Positions 63,089 through 64,000 of a stretch of DNA of 64,000 nucleotides are shown piece after piece. How positions within the stretch are numbered: the stretch's first letter is position 1; each line of letters starts with the position of its first letter. The notes below the pieces were generated by a model. The model searched no databases, was not told where the DNA came from, and was given only the letters and a program-made list of their open reading frames with translations. Source of the stretch: Chara braunii (lineage: Eukaryota; Plantae; Charophyceae); the NCBI GenBank assembly GCA_003427395.1, contig BFEA01000004.1:7422171-7486170 (forward strand), given 5' to 3'. Both the position numbers and the translations under genes were made by a program.

Positions 63089-64000
63089 CCCCTCCTGGTT
63101 TCCCAAGGTGGTCCAGAAACCTTTGCTAGTCACTATTGCCCTTCGCTTTCTGCCCTGTCAGTGTATGAAGTACTGACAGGGGGATGTTGGCAGGTGTAAT
63201 GGCCTGCCCAACAGAATTTGGCTTATAATAATATGGACTTGTTAACTCCTGAATAATGGTGAGTAATCTTTAATAAAAGAATGGATTGGGGGTAAGCATC
63301 AAGAACCAAAGTGCCAGAAGCTATTTTGAAAATGACTGCTGGAAGAAACCAAGGAAGAAACCAAGGAAGAAGACAAGAAAAGAAAAGCATACTTAAAGTA
63401 GACTAAGAAAAGAAAAGGAAAACAAACACGGGAAAAAAAAAAGAGGGGGGGGGGGAAATAAAGGAGCACCCTATAGCAGTTATTGGATTTTTTTTAATTA
63501 TTATTATTAGTTTTTTGAGAGCGCAGTGGCCATGCCAATTTTCTCTGTACTCCCCTCCCCCCCTGTCCCCACCCCCCCCCCAAAAAAAAAAAAAAAAAAA
63601 AAAAAAACTTCTCTGTAGAAAAAATGTTGAAAAAACCTTCTCTGTATCAATCCAATTTTAACGGATTAGCCTTTTTTCTGAGCTTCAAGGTGATCTTTTG
63701 GAAGACTTCTCAGTTTGATATTGGATGGGATGCTGGACCCGGTTTCCAGTTTTAGCCTATGCTGGGTAAAGGCCCCAGCCCCCTTCTGGGTTGTTTTGTC
63801 GAGGGATTCCCGGCCTCATCCTTGGATTTGGTAATGAATTCTGAGTTATTACAAAAAAATATATATATAAAAAAAATAACGGATTACCAGGACACTTGGT
63901 TCGATTTACTATTATTTTTTTTTTTTACCAAGATTGCTCCTGTCTATTGGTGGGGAGCTGCACCTGCTGGAAAACGGGTCCAGCGTCCCATTCAAAGTGA

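Overview
Eukaryotic, repeat-dense, gapped scaffold with no intact host gene. The plant-type U2/U6 snRNA sequences point to the green lineage; a charophyte such as Chara is my inference, not something verified. Contents: a decayed Ty3/gypsy gag-pol (1-4.1 kb); LTR-like segments; a decayed L1 (17-23 kb, minus); three related Penelope-like RT copies (34.5-36.7 kb +, 50.9-53.3 kb -, 55.6-57.6 kb -); a boundary-complete PIF/Harbinger transposon (38551-43772, Myb/SANT ORF plus DDE transposase, TAT TSD); many Tourist-, hAT- and Tc1/mariner-type MITEs; six U2- or U6-derived segments plus one chimera; and a Nextera junction adapter artefact. The most unusual signals are at the RNA level: (i) an array of about 16 sequence-variable hairpins that keep their pairing and a YCG(U/G) loop, lying just upstream of a polypurine tract and putative LTR (14.67-16.03 kb); (ii) a complete type III hammerhead ribozyme in a short repeat that abuts (TA)n, with decayed sister copies; (iii) minimal type I hammerheads downstream of two Penelope-like RTs; (iv) a U2-U6 chimeric retrocopy that joins the parts of the two snRNAs that pair in the spliceosome.
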